NCBI GenBank assembly: GCA_017511375.1
Contig: JAFWKJ010000007.1
Span: 36,748 to 100,747 of the forward strand
DNA from: Bacilli bacterium
Lineage (GTDB): Bacteria; Bacillota_I; Bacilli_A; RF39; UBA660
Direction: 5' to 3'
DNA length: 64,000 nt
Part shown: piece by piece, positions 28,394 to 38,188 of the stretch
Numbering within the stretch: position 1 is the first letter of the stretch
Layout: the number at the start of each line of letters is the position of its first letter
Notes under the pieces: model-generated
Database searches by the model: none
Told to the model about the DNA's origin: nothing
What the model saw: the letters and a program-made list of their open reading frames with translations, nothing else
Made by a program: the position numbers and the translations under genes

Positions 28394-31216
28394 TCACCCT
28401 TTTTGCTTTTTTAAACGTTTTAAATAAAGCAATAACAAAGCAAGTCCCATTATACTTGGAACAAAGGAAATATAGAGAATTCTTGGCTTATATTTCAACA
28501 CAATTTTATGTTTTCCTTTTTTCAATTCCGTACCTATAAAAGCATTTAATAGTTTTTCTTTATCTTGTTTTTCACCATCAACATAAAGATCTAAATCCTC
28601 ATTATATAGACAAGAAATAAAGAAAAGTCCATCTTCTTTTGTATTCATAGTTCCTTCCAAAGAATTATTTTCAACTTTCGTTACTTCAAATTGATTTTCC
28701 TTCAAGAGATTAATATCTTCTTTATAAACATCATGATTATAATAATAAGCATGAACTCCTGTAACAGAACAAGTCTTCTTCTGGTAGAATTTTAATTGAA
28801 TCTTAATAGTTATGGATTCATCAGGTCCATACGTATTATGAATCCTATAAATACCATGATTACTTACATTCTTCAACAACTCATCATTTATGTACACATT
28901 GATTTGTGAAACAGCTTCCCAATCTTCTAATTCAACAAGAAAATAAAAATCTCGATCAGATGTATTTGTAAAAGAATAGGAATTGTTTTTTGTTTTTACT
29001 AAATCAATCTTTTCAAAAATATTCTTATCAGTATTAGTCATTGACTTATAAATATCATTCTGATAAGCCAACCCATCTCCTTTTTTTTCAAGTTTTAAAA
29101 GAGAAGGATTAACCATATATCCCAAAGAAAGACTATCCTCATTTAGATAATAATCATAATGAGAGATATGCCCTAACTTTGTATAATAATTATTTTCATC
29201 AACATTAAAAGAATAACCAGTCTCTTTAGATTTCATTTCAATATTGTATTTAACATTTAATAAGGAAGCAAGTAAATGATAAGATCCATCAAACTGAACT
29301 GAATTAATATTTTCCTTTGGATTTTTAACGCCTGAGTCAATGAAAAAATTAACAAAGTCTTCTTTAATAGAAGAAATAAAATAGTCAATTCCATAATATT
29401 GATAAAGAATGGCATCATTTCTAGGAACTAAATCGTAATTGTTTTCAATCCTATAAAAGGTAGACGAATCATTCTTTTTAATTTCCTCAATCACTTCTCC
29501 ATAAGAAGAATCAACATCTACTTGATAAGTAAAACGATGTAAGTAATGATATCCATTGATAAGAAGTTCAATCACAATTAACAATAAAAATGCCTTTTTC
29601 ATATTTTTTTTCTTAGAAATATATTTCAATATAAGAAGGAAGAAAAATAGAATACTTATTTTAATGATTGTAATATCTCCCATAATTATCCTATTTTTAT
29701 AAAACATGAAAATACTATAAGGAATTAAAAACAATAAGAATAAATATAAAAAATGTTTCCAAGAGAGATTCTTCTTTTTAGAAAGAGCACTAATAAGTAG
29801 AACACAAAAGAAATACATAATAACTTTTAATACAGTTGGAAAAGTAATCATAGGAATGAAAAAAGCTAATACAAATAATAAAGCAATGATAGAAGTCGAC
29901 CCAATACCAAAGTATTTAAAATATTTAGGATGCTGCATTAAGAAAAGAGATAAAAAAGTCGTAAATAGATAAAGTAGGAAGAAAAACGCAATAATCCCCG
30001 CATCTATAATTCTAGGATAATCAATGATGTTATAAAGAAATACAGCAAAATAAACAAGAGAAAAAGCAATCCAATATTGTTTAACTTTGATTTGTTTCAA
30101 ATAATAAATAGATTTAGTACAAATCATAAGAATAAATAAAATAAACATAAAGGTAAATCTTCCATTAATACAAAAAGGAGGAGAAAAACCATGCCACATA
30201 TAATTCACATAATTTATACTAATAGAAATAAATAGTATTACAAAAACAATTCCCGTAAGTATTTTCTCACGTATTGGAAATTTAGGATTAATAAAATAAA
30301 AATAAAGTAAAGGTAAAACAACAATAGAAGTATAAAGATAATAATCTGATGGATTCAAAACCGTAATGGTTACAAAATTCCCAATGAAATAATAATTCAC
30401 AATATCTTGTAAATTAAAAGCAAACTTAAAAGGTAATCCTCCAAATAATCCTGCATCTCCTCTTGAATAAGATCCAATCTCAGAAGCAATTGGTAGAAAA
30501 ACAAAACTCATGGTAATACATACCAAAATAGATACCACTATAAAACGAAGATTTTTCTTCCAAAAATCTTTCTTATCAATTTTTTTATTTAAAATACGAT
30601 AATTAAAATAAATCATACTAAAAATAAGAATCATATAAGCAAAATAATAATTAAAAAAGATAGTAAATGCTAAAGAGATAACATATAACTTATAATTTTT
30701 TTCCTTCACAATCTTATCTATTCCTAGTAATACAAGTGGAAATATCATATAAATATCCAAAAATTCTACATGCATATTATAAGATAAATAATAAGAAGAT
30801 AAAGCATATAATAAAGAAAAACAAATCAAATAAATAGTCTTTTCTGTCTTAAATTGATACTTTAAGTACTTATAACAAAACAAAGCAGAAAAAGAAGATT
30901 TTAAAATAATTGTTATAATACAAAATAAATTAATATCTTTAATAAAAAATAAAAGAAGATTAAAAGGCGAACTCATATAAAAGTATAAAACCCCTAAAAA
31001 ACTATCTCCCATACCAAGATTAAAACTAAATATCCCAACATCCCCTACTAATAATCTACTAAGATGTTTATAAAAAGGATAAAAAGCATTTAATAAATCA
31101 CTAATTAAAATGGTATGATCAAAGATCCCAACGAATTGAAATATTAATAACAAAAGAAAAATAGATAAAAAAAATACTATGATTTCTCCTCTGTTCTTAT
31201 GAATAAATTTTTTCAT
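28394..31216 (-). CDS. YfhO-family polytopic membrane protein (putative glycosyltransferase)
   Basis: The 940-aa protein has many TM helices, a large soluble C-terminal domain and a final TM helix. This architecture fits the YfhO family. Confidence 0.65.
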   Translation of the reverse strand: MKKFIHKNRGEIIVFFLSIFLLLLIFQFVGIFDHTILISDLLNAFYPFYKHLSRLLVGDVGIFSFNLGMGDSFLGVLYFYMSSPFNLLLFFIKDINLFCIITIILKSSFSALFCYKYLKYQFKTEKTIYLICFSLLYALSSYYLSYNMHVEFLDIYMIFPLVLLGIDKIVKEKNYKLYVISLAFTIFFNYYFAYMILIFSMIYFNYRILNKKIDKKDFWKKNLRFIVVSILVCITMSFVFLPIASEIGSYSRGDAGLFGGLPFKFAFNLQDIVNYYFIGNFVTITVLNPSDYYLYTSIVVLPLLYFYFINPKFPIREKILTGIVFVILFISISINYVNYMWHGFSPPFCINGRFTFMFILFILMICTKSIYYLKQIKVKQYWIAFSLVYFAVFLYNIIDYPRIIDAGIIAFFFLLYLFTTFLSLFLMQHPKYFKYFGIGSTSIIALLFVLAFFIPMITFPTVLKVIMYFFCVLLISALSKKKNLSWKHFLYLFLLFLIPYSIFMFYKNRIIMGDITIIKISILFFFLLILKYISKKKNMKKAFLLLIVIELLINGYHYLHRFTYQVDVDSSYGEVIEEIKKNDSSTFYRIENNYDLVPRNDAILYQYYGIDYFISSIKEDFVNFFIDSGVKNPKENINSVQFDGSYHLLASLLNVKYNIEMKSKETGYSFNVDENNYYTKLGHISHYDYYLNEDSLSLGYMVNPSLLKLEKKGDGLAYQNDIYKSMTNTDKNIFEKIDLVKTKNNSYSFTNTSDRDFYFLVELEDWEAVSQINVYINDELLKNVSNHGIYRIHNTYGPDESITIKIQLKFYQKKTCSVTGVHAYYYNHDVYKEDINLLKENQFEVTKVENNSLEGTMNTKEDGLFFISCLYNEDLDLYVDGEKQDKEKLLNAFIGTELKKGKHKIVLKYKPRILYISFVPSIMGLALLLLYLKRLKKQKG

Positions 31217-31280
31217 AGAAACACCTCAATTTTTATATACATGTTTATTATACCATAAAAAAACAAGAGTACTCTTGTTT

Positions 31281-32378
31281 TTATAATTCATCAAAAATTG
31301 GTTTTAAACAAATATTAGGTTTTTGTTCATCGAAATTCCAAGTATGGAAGGAATCTCCTCCACAATAATTCCAATGCTTACATCTTTTACATTTCTTATT
31401 AGAAGTACGATCTTCATTACGGAATTCTTTAAATTTTGTTTCCCAAGTATAAACAAAACTATCCGTTTTAATATTTCCTTGTATTAATTCAGGACGTCTT
31501 GGCACATTAGGACAAACAAAGATATCCCCATTGCTCATGATACCACCAACAAATAGACCTGTCATACAAATAAAATAATTACTACGATATTTTTTTTCTC
31601 CCTTCAAACCTAAATAATGACTACAGCCATATGAGATTTCTTTCATTTTACCTTCTGCATTCTTTTCTTCAATGAATTTAAATAAAAATTTGTAATCTTC
31701 TAAATCTAAAAAGATATCTTTATTATCATTTGCACGACCAATCGGATCACAATTCACAACTCTCCAATACTCAACCCCATGTTCTAACAACAATTGATAT
31801 AAAGCTTCTAATTCATCTAAATTCTTTTTATTCGCAACCGTTGTTACTTGTACCACTTTAATGACATCAGACTGAAGCATCATATCAATTCCTTTTAGAA
31901 TCTTTTCAAAACAATTAGGAACCTTTCTAAATTTTTCATGGGTTTCTTTTAAACCATCTAGACTAATAGAGACCGTTGCCATTTTCGCTTTTTCAATTCT
32001 ATCAAACATCGTTTTATTAATTAACATTCCATTCGAAGTCATTCCCCAAGAAAAACCTAAATCAACGGCATATTCCATCAATTCAAATAAATCCTTACGC
32101 ATAAGAGGTTCTCCTCCTGTAATATTTAGAAAAACCCTTCTAGGATCATAACAAAGAGAGATTTCCTTTAAGGTGTTTTTTAAACATTCTAAACTAATTT
32201 CTTCTCCCTGCTCATTCCCATCACAACGACTACCACAATGTTCACATCTAGCATTACATCTAGAAGTAACTTCTAGAAATAGTTGTCTCAATTGAGGATG
32301 TTTATATAATTCCAATCTTTTTTCATGTAAGATTTCCATATCTTTTTCTTTTTTCTTTTTTTCTAAATTGCTTGCCAT
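31281..32378 (-). CDS. radical SAM protein with a SPASM/twitch-like C-terminal Cys cluster
   Basis: CNARCEHCGS (CxxxCxxC), GGEPL, then CMTGLFVGGIMSNGDIFVC and CKRCKHWNYC plus a late Cys. Confidence 0.75.
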   Translation of the reverse strand: MASNLEKKKKEKDMEILHEKRLELYKHPQLRQLFLEVTSRCNARCEHCGSRCDGNEQGEEISLECLKNTLKEISLCYDPRRVFLNITGGEPLMRKDLFELMEYAVDLGFSWGMTSNGMLINKTMFDRIEKAKMATVSISLDGLKETHEKFRKVPNCFEKILKGIDMMLQSDVIKVVQVTTVANKKNLDELEALYQLLLEHGVEYWRVVNCDPIGRANDNKDIFLDLEDYKFLFKFIEEKNAEGKMKEISYGCSHYLGLKGEKKYRSNYFICMTGLFVGGIMSNGDIFVCPNVPRRPELIQGNIKTDSFVYTWETKFKEFRNEDRTSNKKCKRCKHWNYCGGDSFHTWNFDEQKPNICLKPIFDEL

Positions 32379-32490
32379 ATAGAAACACCTCTAGAATAAA
32401 TATACCATATCCATCAAAAGATAGCCATCATTTTATTAGCCAATAGAAAGAAAATTATGATAAAATAAATTTAGATTAGGAGGCTAAAAA

Positions 32491-32883
32491 ATGTCAATTG
32501 AGAGATATAAGGGAAAAAACATTACAGCAGAAGACGCAAAAGAAATAATAGATATGCCTACAATAAGTGATGGTTGTAAAAAGATGGAAGAAGCATCTAC
32601 AAAGTTAGAAGAACTATCAAAAAAAGTAGAAGAATTAAAAAATATTTGTGATAGAGAAGCCCTATCCGTTAATGATATCAATATGGAATGTATTATAGAT
32701 AATTATAAAAATTATATAAAAGATTTTTCTAAGTACATTCATAATTTATCAATAGATATTTCTGAAACAACAGAAAGATTAGTAAATAGAAAACAAGTGA
32801 TTTTTAATGAGGAAGCAAAAAAGTTAGAACAAAAAAAAGACAAAATCCAAAAACCAAAAAGAAAGAAAAAGAAGGAGCAATAA
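32491..32883 (+). CDS. hypothetical helical protein with a Lys-rich tail (130 aa)
   Basis: AGGAGG RBS. It has heptad-like E/K-rich segments and the tail KPKRKKKKEQ. Confidence 0.55.
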   Translation: MSIERYKGKNITAEDAKEIIDMPTISDGCKKMEEASTKLEELSKKVEELKNICDREALSVNDINMECIIDNYKNYIKDFSKYIHNLSIDISETTERLVNRKQVIFNEEAKKLEQKKDKIQKPKRKKKKEQ

Positions 32884-32885
32884 AA

Positions 32886-33173
32886 ATGGAAAAAATAATC
32901 TATGATGAAAACAAGGTACAAAAAGCACAACTCCTAGTAGAAGAAATAAAAATGGATTTATATAAAGTAGATTGTCTTCTATATGAAGGGGTTATGAAAA
33001 CAGCCTATGCTAAGGGAATGGATCTTGTCACTTATGAAAACCCATCCATTGATATGAATAAACCAGAAAAAATCATGATAAACTGTCGAGAATCAATCAA
33101 AGTCATTGAAGAAACCTTGAAAACAGAAGTACAAGAAATTAATAAGTATTTTAAAGAACATAAAGAAGATTAA
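32886..33173 (+). CDS. hypothetical small helical protein (95 aa)
   Basis: The AAGGAG RBS lies inside the end of the preceding gene, with a 2-nt gap, so the two look co-translated as a pair. Confidence 0.55.
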   Translation: MEKIIYDENKVQKAQLLVEEIKMDLYKVDCLLYEGVMKTAYAKGMDLVTYENPSIDMNKPEKIMINCRESIKVIEETLKTEVQEINKYFKEHKED

Positions 33174-33199
33174 AAAAAACAGGAACTCCTGTTTTTTTT
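33172..33199. terminator. bidirectional terminator
   Basis: A8-CAGG-AACT-CCTG-T8 lies between the convergent 95-aa gene and mtaB. Confidence 0.65.
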
Positions 33200-34466
33200 A
33201 TGCAACACAATAAGGATATTGAATATCTTGAATTTCAACACATACCATTTTATTATGAGGATAATGCCCTTTTATTTTTACATACAAGAAGTTGCCTGTG
33301 TGTCCATAACTATATCCATCTTTTTCTTCTTCAATCAAAACTTCAACTTCTTTATGAAGAAATTTTTTCATGTAATTCATTTCTAACTCTTTTGAAACAT
33401 CAATCAATCTTCTAGCCCTATCCTTTTTAATAGAATTATCAACCTTCTCCTTCATTTTAGAAGCAACCGTTCCTTTTCGATCACTATAAGGAAAAACATG
33501 TATCTTAGAAAAACCTATTTTCTGACATGTATCAATTGTCTCCTGAAACAATTTTTCCGTCTCACCAGGAAAACCCACAATCACATCTGTACTAATAGAA
33601 ATATGAGGTCTAATAGATCGTATCTCCGAAATTTTCTTTTGATAATAATCTAAATCATATTTACGATTCATGGCTTTTAAAATAGGATTAGAACCTGCTT
33701 GAAGAGGAATATGAAGATGATCTACTAAGATAGATGATTCACGAAGGATAGATAAAACATCCTCATTTAATTCTGTTACCTCAATAGAAGAAATTCTTAA
33801 TCGTTTTAATCCCTCTATTTGAATCAATCGATTTAATAAATGAGCAAAACTAATATGAAGATCAATTCCATAACTACCTGTATGAATTCCCGTTAAAACA
33901 ATTTCTTGATATCCATGCTTTATAAGGCCTTCTATTTCACTAACAACCTTATCTTCATCTTTATTTCTGCATCCTCCACGAACATAAGGAATAATACAAT
34001 AAGTACAAAAATTATCACAACCATCTTGTATCTTAACAAAGGCCCTCGTTCTACCAGGAAACTCTTCAATATACATATCTTCAAAGTCTTTTAAACGATC
34101 TTTATTGAATATATGAATGGTTTGTTTCTTTTCAAAGTATTCATCTAATAAAGAAACGATTTTAGATTTATCTTTATTTCCAATTAGGATATCTACTCCT
34201 AATTCTTGATAATCAGGATTTGCTGCCACAAAACATCCCATCGCAACAACACAAGCATGAGGATTTCTCTTAATAGCTTGGTGAATCATTTTTTTAGATT
34301 TACTATCACTGTTATTAGTAACAGTACACGTATTAATAATATATACATCACAAACATCATCAAAATCTTTCATCACATAATGATGTTTTTTTAATTCATT
34401 TATAATAAATTCAGATTCATAAGTATTCACTTTACATCCCAATGTATAAATACCAAAACTTCTCAT
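33198..34466 (-). CDS. mtaB: tRNA N6-threonylcarbamoyladenosine methylthiotransferase (MiaB family, MtaB-like)
   Basis: N-terminal YTLGCKVNTYE, radical SAM CDNFCTYCIIP and a C-terminal TRAM-like region. The ATG at 34466 follows GAAAGGAGG. The track start at 34526 abuts a terminator. Confidence 0.8.
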   Translation of the reverse strand: MRSFGIYTLGCKVNTYESEFIINELKKHHYVMKDFDDVCDVYIINTCTVTNNSDSKSKKMIHQAIKRNPHACVVAMGCFVAANPDYQELGVDILIGNKDKSKIVSLLDEYFEKKQTIHIFNKDRLKDFEDMYIEEFPGRTRAFVKIQDGCDNFCTYCIIPYVRGGCRNKDEDKVVSEIEGLIKHGYQEIVLTGIHTGSYGIDLHISFAHLLNRLIQIEGLKRLRISSIEVTELNEDVLSILRESSILVDHLHIPLQAGSNPILKAMNRKYDLDYYQKKISEIRSIRPHISISTDVIVGFPGETEKLFQETIDTCQKIGFSKIHVFPYSDRKGTVASKMKEKVDNSIKKDRARRLIDVSKELEMNYMKKFLHKEVEVLIEEEKDGYSYGHTGNFLYVKIKGHYPHNKMVCVEIQDIQYPYCVA

Positions 34467-34494
34467 AGAAACCCTCCTTTCACATCCACAACGT

Positions 34495-34503
34495 ATTATA
34501 TCA
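34495..34503 (-). promoter_or_regulatory. extended -10 promoter element TGATATAAT upstream of mtaB
   Basis: The minus strand reads TGATATAAT about 28 nt upstream of the ATG at 34466. Confidence 0.4.
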
Positions 34504-34523
34504 TAAATCTCCATATTAGAAAA

Positions 34524-34549
34524 CAAAAAAGTCAGGGCAAAGCCTGACT
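34524..34549 (-). terminator. intrinsic terminator after the surface protein gene
   Basis: Minus RNA forms AGUCAGG-CUUUGC-CCUGACU followed by UUUUUGUUUU. Confidence 0.65.
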
Positions 34550-34555
34550 TTATTA

Positions 34556-35653
34556 CTAATTTTGTTCTTTTAATTTTCTTGCTGTAACAAGACCAAAGAC
34601 ACTCATCATAGCAATAATCATAAAGAATATAGCATTATCACCAGTTGATGGAGTGTTATTACCAACACCAACTAAAGCATAAGCACTTAAGTGTTCTAAA
34701 TCTCCAACTAAATAATCACCATCAACTTCTAAATCAATTACCTCATCTGATACCTCACAGCCATTTGGATTAACGTTAGAAAAATAAACAAGTTTAAAAG
34801 ATTTAAATTTTTTCATTTCAGGTGTCATTTTTATTTTTATTCTAAATTCACCTTCGTGTACATCATCTCCACCAACTTCACTTAAATGAAAGCCATAAAG
34901 TTCAATATAAGACCCAATATCTTTCGTTAAATCAGAAACAGATTCCTTAACCGCATCCAACGCAGTCAACATAGAGGAACGACAATCCGCACTTTCGCCA
35001 CATTCTTTATTCAAATAATCTTCAGAATAACTCTCTGTAAGACTTGAAACTCTAAATGTGAATTCTTTATTATTAGCATCATCAAAAGCAATTGATATAC
35101 CATCAAAAGCATCATCTTTTACAGAATAAGTTTTAGTTTCTTCCACTTCACTAGACTCATCATCATCATTATTATCATCAGGTTCTGTCGTATCACCACT
35201 TGTAGGTACACCTAAATCAATATATAATGTCCAATAATAGGCAGTTGCATCTAAGTAAGTATATCCATAAGAATACTCTTCCCCATTAAAGATAATTGTT
35301 AAGTCTCCATCAAATAGATAATTATCTTCCTTGTCTAGTTTTAATCTTAATCCATAATGATTATCTTCAGAAGAAGCCAAAGCACCATCCTCTAAATTCC
35401 CCCAATTATTAGAATCTTTTGGTGTATAAGACCATCCTGTATTCTCTCCATAGGCTTCAATGCTAACACCCTCAGTTGTAGTACTAACAGTATATTCAGA
35501 CAACGTCTCCCCTAAAGTCACAGATGATTTACTACAATTAACTGTAATTTCAGAAATCATCTTCTCTTCGTCTCCCATGGCAAATACGTTCATAATTGGA
35601 GTAAATATAAATGCCATAGCAGCAACCAATAATAAATATTTCGTTTTTTTCAC
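34556..35653 (-). CDS. secreted acidic surface protein with a sortase-type C-terminal anchor
   Basis: Signal peptide. The C-terminus reads NTPSTGD, then a hydrophobic helix, then RKLKEQN. Confidence 0.65.
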   Translation of the reverse strand: MKKTKYLLLVAAMAFIFTPIMNVFAMGDEEKMISEITVNCSKSSVTLGETLSEYTVSTTTEGVSIEAYGENTGWSYTPKDSNNWGNLEDGALASSEDNHYGLRLKLDKEDNYLFDGDLTIIFNGEEYSYGYTYLDATAYYWTLYIDLGVPTSGDTTEPDDNNDDDESSEVEETKTYSVKDDAFDGISIAFDDANNKEFTFRVSSLTESYSEDYLNKECGESADCRSSMLTALDAVKESVSDLTKDIGSYIELYGFHLSEVGGDDVHEGEFRIKIKMTPEMKKFKSFKLVYFSNVNPNGCEVSDEVIDLEVDGDYLVGDLEHLSAYALVGVGNNTPSTGDNAIFFMIIAMMSVFGLVTARKLKEQN

Positions 35654-35717
35654 TATTTTATCCTTCCCTTCTTATATGAAATAAACAATTTTATTATATT
35701 CTTATTTAATTCTAAAT

Positions 35718-36695
35718 TTATGAATCCGTCTTTCCTTGCAATTCATTCATCGTCATATAAAACTCATTACTACTTCTAAGTTGTTGATCCAATTTCTCAT
35801 AATTAGCTGTATTCTCAAGAGCAATCGCATTATCTCTTGCCGCATCTCTTTCAATTCCAAAGATTGGTGAAATAATAGGACTACATTCAAATCTCTTAAC
35901 AACAGGTTCTTTGACAACTGGATTAACTGTTTCAGGTTGAATAGTACGGAAATCATCCATTTGAAGCACTTCAACTTCATCCACTTGATCAAAGGCTTCA
36001 TTAATATCAGCTTGCAATTCCTCTTCAGGAACAACATTCGCAATAATAAATGGTTCATCATAAGAAGTAACTTGTTTTTGTACTTGTACTTCTAAATCCT
36101 GAATGCTAATAGGTTCATTTCCTTCATCCTTATATTGAGTCAACTCATTAGACTCATACATTTCTTTACTCTTTTGTAAAAGTTCATCTAAACTAATAAT
36201 GGCAGATTTTTCTTGTTCCTCTTCATAAGCATTTACAACATCTACTGGTTCTAAATCTTCCTCTTTTGCTAATTGTTCTTGTATTTTCTTTAATTCAATT
36301 CTTGCCGTCTCTTGATCTGGTTCTATAGAAGTATATTGTAAATCTTCTTCCTCTTCTTCCATATTTTGTACAGCATCTACTACCTCTGATAAATCAATTG
36401 TTTCCTCGACATCAATAGGTTCAATTATCATAGGTTCTGTTGGTAAAACAACAGGAGGTTCTTCTATAGGTACTAAAACTGGTTCCTTATAAACTTCTTT
36501 TTTCTCTTCTACAGGAAGAGTCGCTTTAATTTCATCCACCAATTTATTAAGTTCCTTTGTATTATGTTTTCTTCTTATGTTTTCATTATTCTTTTCAATT
36601 AAATATACAATAAAACAAACAAGGCATGCCAATGCAGCAATCATATAAACAATTATTATTTCTTGGGATGTTAAAAACTTTCCTAAATCGTTCAT
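35718..36695 (-). CDS. hypothetical acidic, Pro/Glu-rich membrane-anchored protein
   Basis: The ATG at 36695 follows GAGGTGA; the track start at 36704 is GTG. One N-terminal TM helix and a highly acidic body. Confidence 0.55.
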   Translation of the reverse strand: MNDLGKFLTSQEIIIVYMIAALACLVCFIVYLIEKNNENIRRKHNTKELNKLVDEIKATLPVEEKKEVYKEPVLVPIEEPPVVLPTEPMIIEPIDVEETIDLSEVVDAVQNMEEEEEDLQYTSIEPDQETARIELKKIQEQLAKEEDLEPVDVVNAYEEEQEKSAIISLDELLQKSKEMYESNELTQYKDEGNEPISIQDLEVQVQKQVTSYDEPFIIANVVPEEELQADINEAFDQVDEVEVLQMDDFRTIQPETVNPVVKEPVVKRFECSPIISPIFGIERDAARDNAIALENTANYEKLDQQLRSSNEFYMTMNELQGKTDS

Positions 36696-36883
36696 TTCTG
36701 TCACCTCTATCCTTATTCATTCTAACATATCTTTTTCTAAAATGGAGAATTCAACTTAAAAAAATTTCTCCTCTTTTACAATACTTTACCCTTTTTATTT
36801 TTCATAAAACTCATCTTTACTTAACTATATCATAATATTACGAAGGATGATATATTTTTTTCAACTTTTTCATAAAATTTATT

Positions 36884-38188
36884 ATGAAAAAAAACATGAT
36901 TTATTCAACCCTCTTACTATTAATAGGCGGCCTAATAACAAAACTACTTGGAATGGTTATTAAAATCCTAATGAGCCGTAATCTAGGAATAGAAGGATTA
37001 TCATTATATATGTTAGTATTACCTACTTTTTCTTTTTGTATTTTATTAGGACAAGCAGGCTTTCCCATTACTTTATCAAGAATGGTTGCTTATAAAGACA
37101 AATCGATTCCTTCTCTCTATTTCACTGTTTTTCTGTTTCTATTATTATTCAACATTCTAATCAGTATCATTTTAATTATTCTAGCACCAACTCTTAGTCA
37201 TTCTTTTTTAAAAAATGAAGCAGCCTACCTTCCTCTAATAGGAATTGCTTTTGTAATTCCCTTCACCACTTGTTCAAACATCTTAAGAAGTTATTTTATA
37301 GGAATTCAAAAAGTATTCCCAACTGTTTTATCCAATGTAATAGAAAACTTATTAAGATTATTCTTTATTTTATGGATAATCCCTAGGTTAAAAATATATA
37401 CCATTTCCATTTTAGTATTCAGTATCATTCTATTTAATATCATTAGTGAAACAATCTCTACAATGACACTTTTACTTTTTATCCCGAAAAAAAAGAAAAA
37501 AATATCCTTTCAATATTCCTATCTAAAAGAAACTATTCAAACATCATATCCTCAATTACTAAGTACATTAATTGGAAATGGAACTTATTTTTTAGAACCA
37601 CTCATCATATTTCATTTTTTAACAAAAGAGTATAAAGCCTCTCTCATCACCCAACAATATGGAATCATCACCGGATATGTATTTCCTCTAATCTTCTTAC
37701 CCCTATTCTTTATTACAGCTATTTCTCAAGTGCTTCTCCCCACAATAACAAAATTCTATAAAGATGGTCAATTGAAAAAAATAACAAAACTACTAAAAAT
37801 AGAAACCTTTTGTATTTTTCTATTTAGTATAGGAACAGGTCTCTTTTTTAGATTTTTTTCTAAAGATCTCCTACAACTTCTCTATCACACATCCTACGGC
37901 ATAAACTATTTGAAATATATCTCCATCTTTTTATTTTTTATCTACTTAGAACCAGTCTTTCAATACCTATGGATTGCTTTTGGAAAGACAAAAGAAATTA
38001 TGCTGGCAACCACCTTTAGTTCCCTCATTAGAATCACTTCATTAGTACTTTTATTAAAATGTCATTTTGGAATAGATTCCCTTCTACTTTCTTTAACCAT
38101 TAATCTTATCGCAACGACATTCTTTGAATATGAAAGAATCTTCTTAATCTTCAAAAAAAAGAGGAGTAATCCTCTATTAAAAACCTAA
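36884..38188 (+). CDS. MOP-superfamily flippase (polysaccharide biosynthesis/MurJ/SpoVB-like)
   Basis: About 12-14 TM helices with an N-terminus LLIGGLITKLLGMVIKILMSRNLG typical of this family. No obvious RBS. Confidence 0.6.
   Translation: MKKNMIYSTLLLLIGGLITKLLGMVIKILMSRNLGIEGLSLYMLVLPTFSFCILLGQAGFPITLSRMVAYKDKSIPSLYFTVFLFLLLFNILISIILIILAPTLSHSFLKNEAAYLPLIGIAFVIPFTTCSNILRSYFIGIQKVFPTVLSNVIENLLRLFFILWIIPRLKIYTISILVFSIILFNIISETISTMTLLLFIPKKKKKISFQYSYLKETIQTSYPQLLSTLIGNGTYFLEPLIIFHFLTKEYKASLITQQYGIITGYVFPLIFLPLFFITAISQVLLPTITKFYKDGQLKKITKLLKIETFCIFLFSIGTGLFFRFFSKDLLQLLYHTSYGINYLKYISIFLFFIYLEPVFQYLWIAFGKTKEIMLATTFSSLIRITSLVLLLKCHFGIDSLLLSLTINLIATTFFEYERIFLIFKKKRSNPLLKT

Noticed and set aside
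26175-28397. RecD-like helicase as part of a defence system, and a 4-nt yfhO/recD2 overlap
   Set aside because: The motifs and length fit housekeeping RecD2. No nuclease, ATPase or methylase partner is adjacent. The apparent overlap comes from a GTG start in the track; the ATG at 28367 with AAAGGAG is more credible and leaves a 26-nt gap.
33198-34526. Second radical SAM gene as a peptide maturase paired with the small plus-strand genes
   Set aside because: The N-terminal UPF0004 Cys triad, the CxxxCxxC motif and the TRAM-like C-terminus identify it as a MiaB/MtaB-family tRNA methylthiotransferase. It is convergent with the small genes and separated from them by a terminator.
35753-36061. 102-aa ORF, plus similar same-strand alternate-frame ORFs (41374..41568, 43630..43941, 51587..51835, 55172..55372, 60240..60473)
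   Set aside because: They are embedded out of frame within longer genes that have recognisable products or better coding features. I found no independent support for them.
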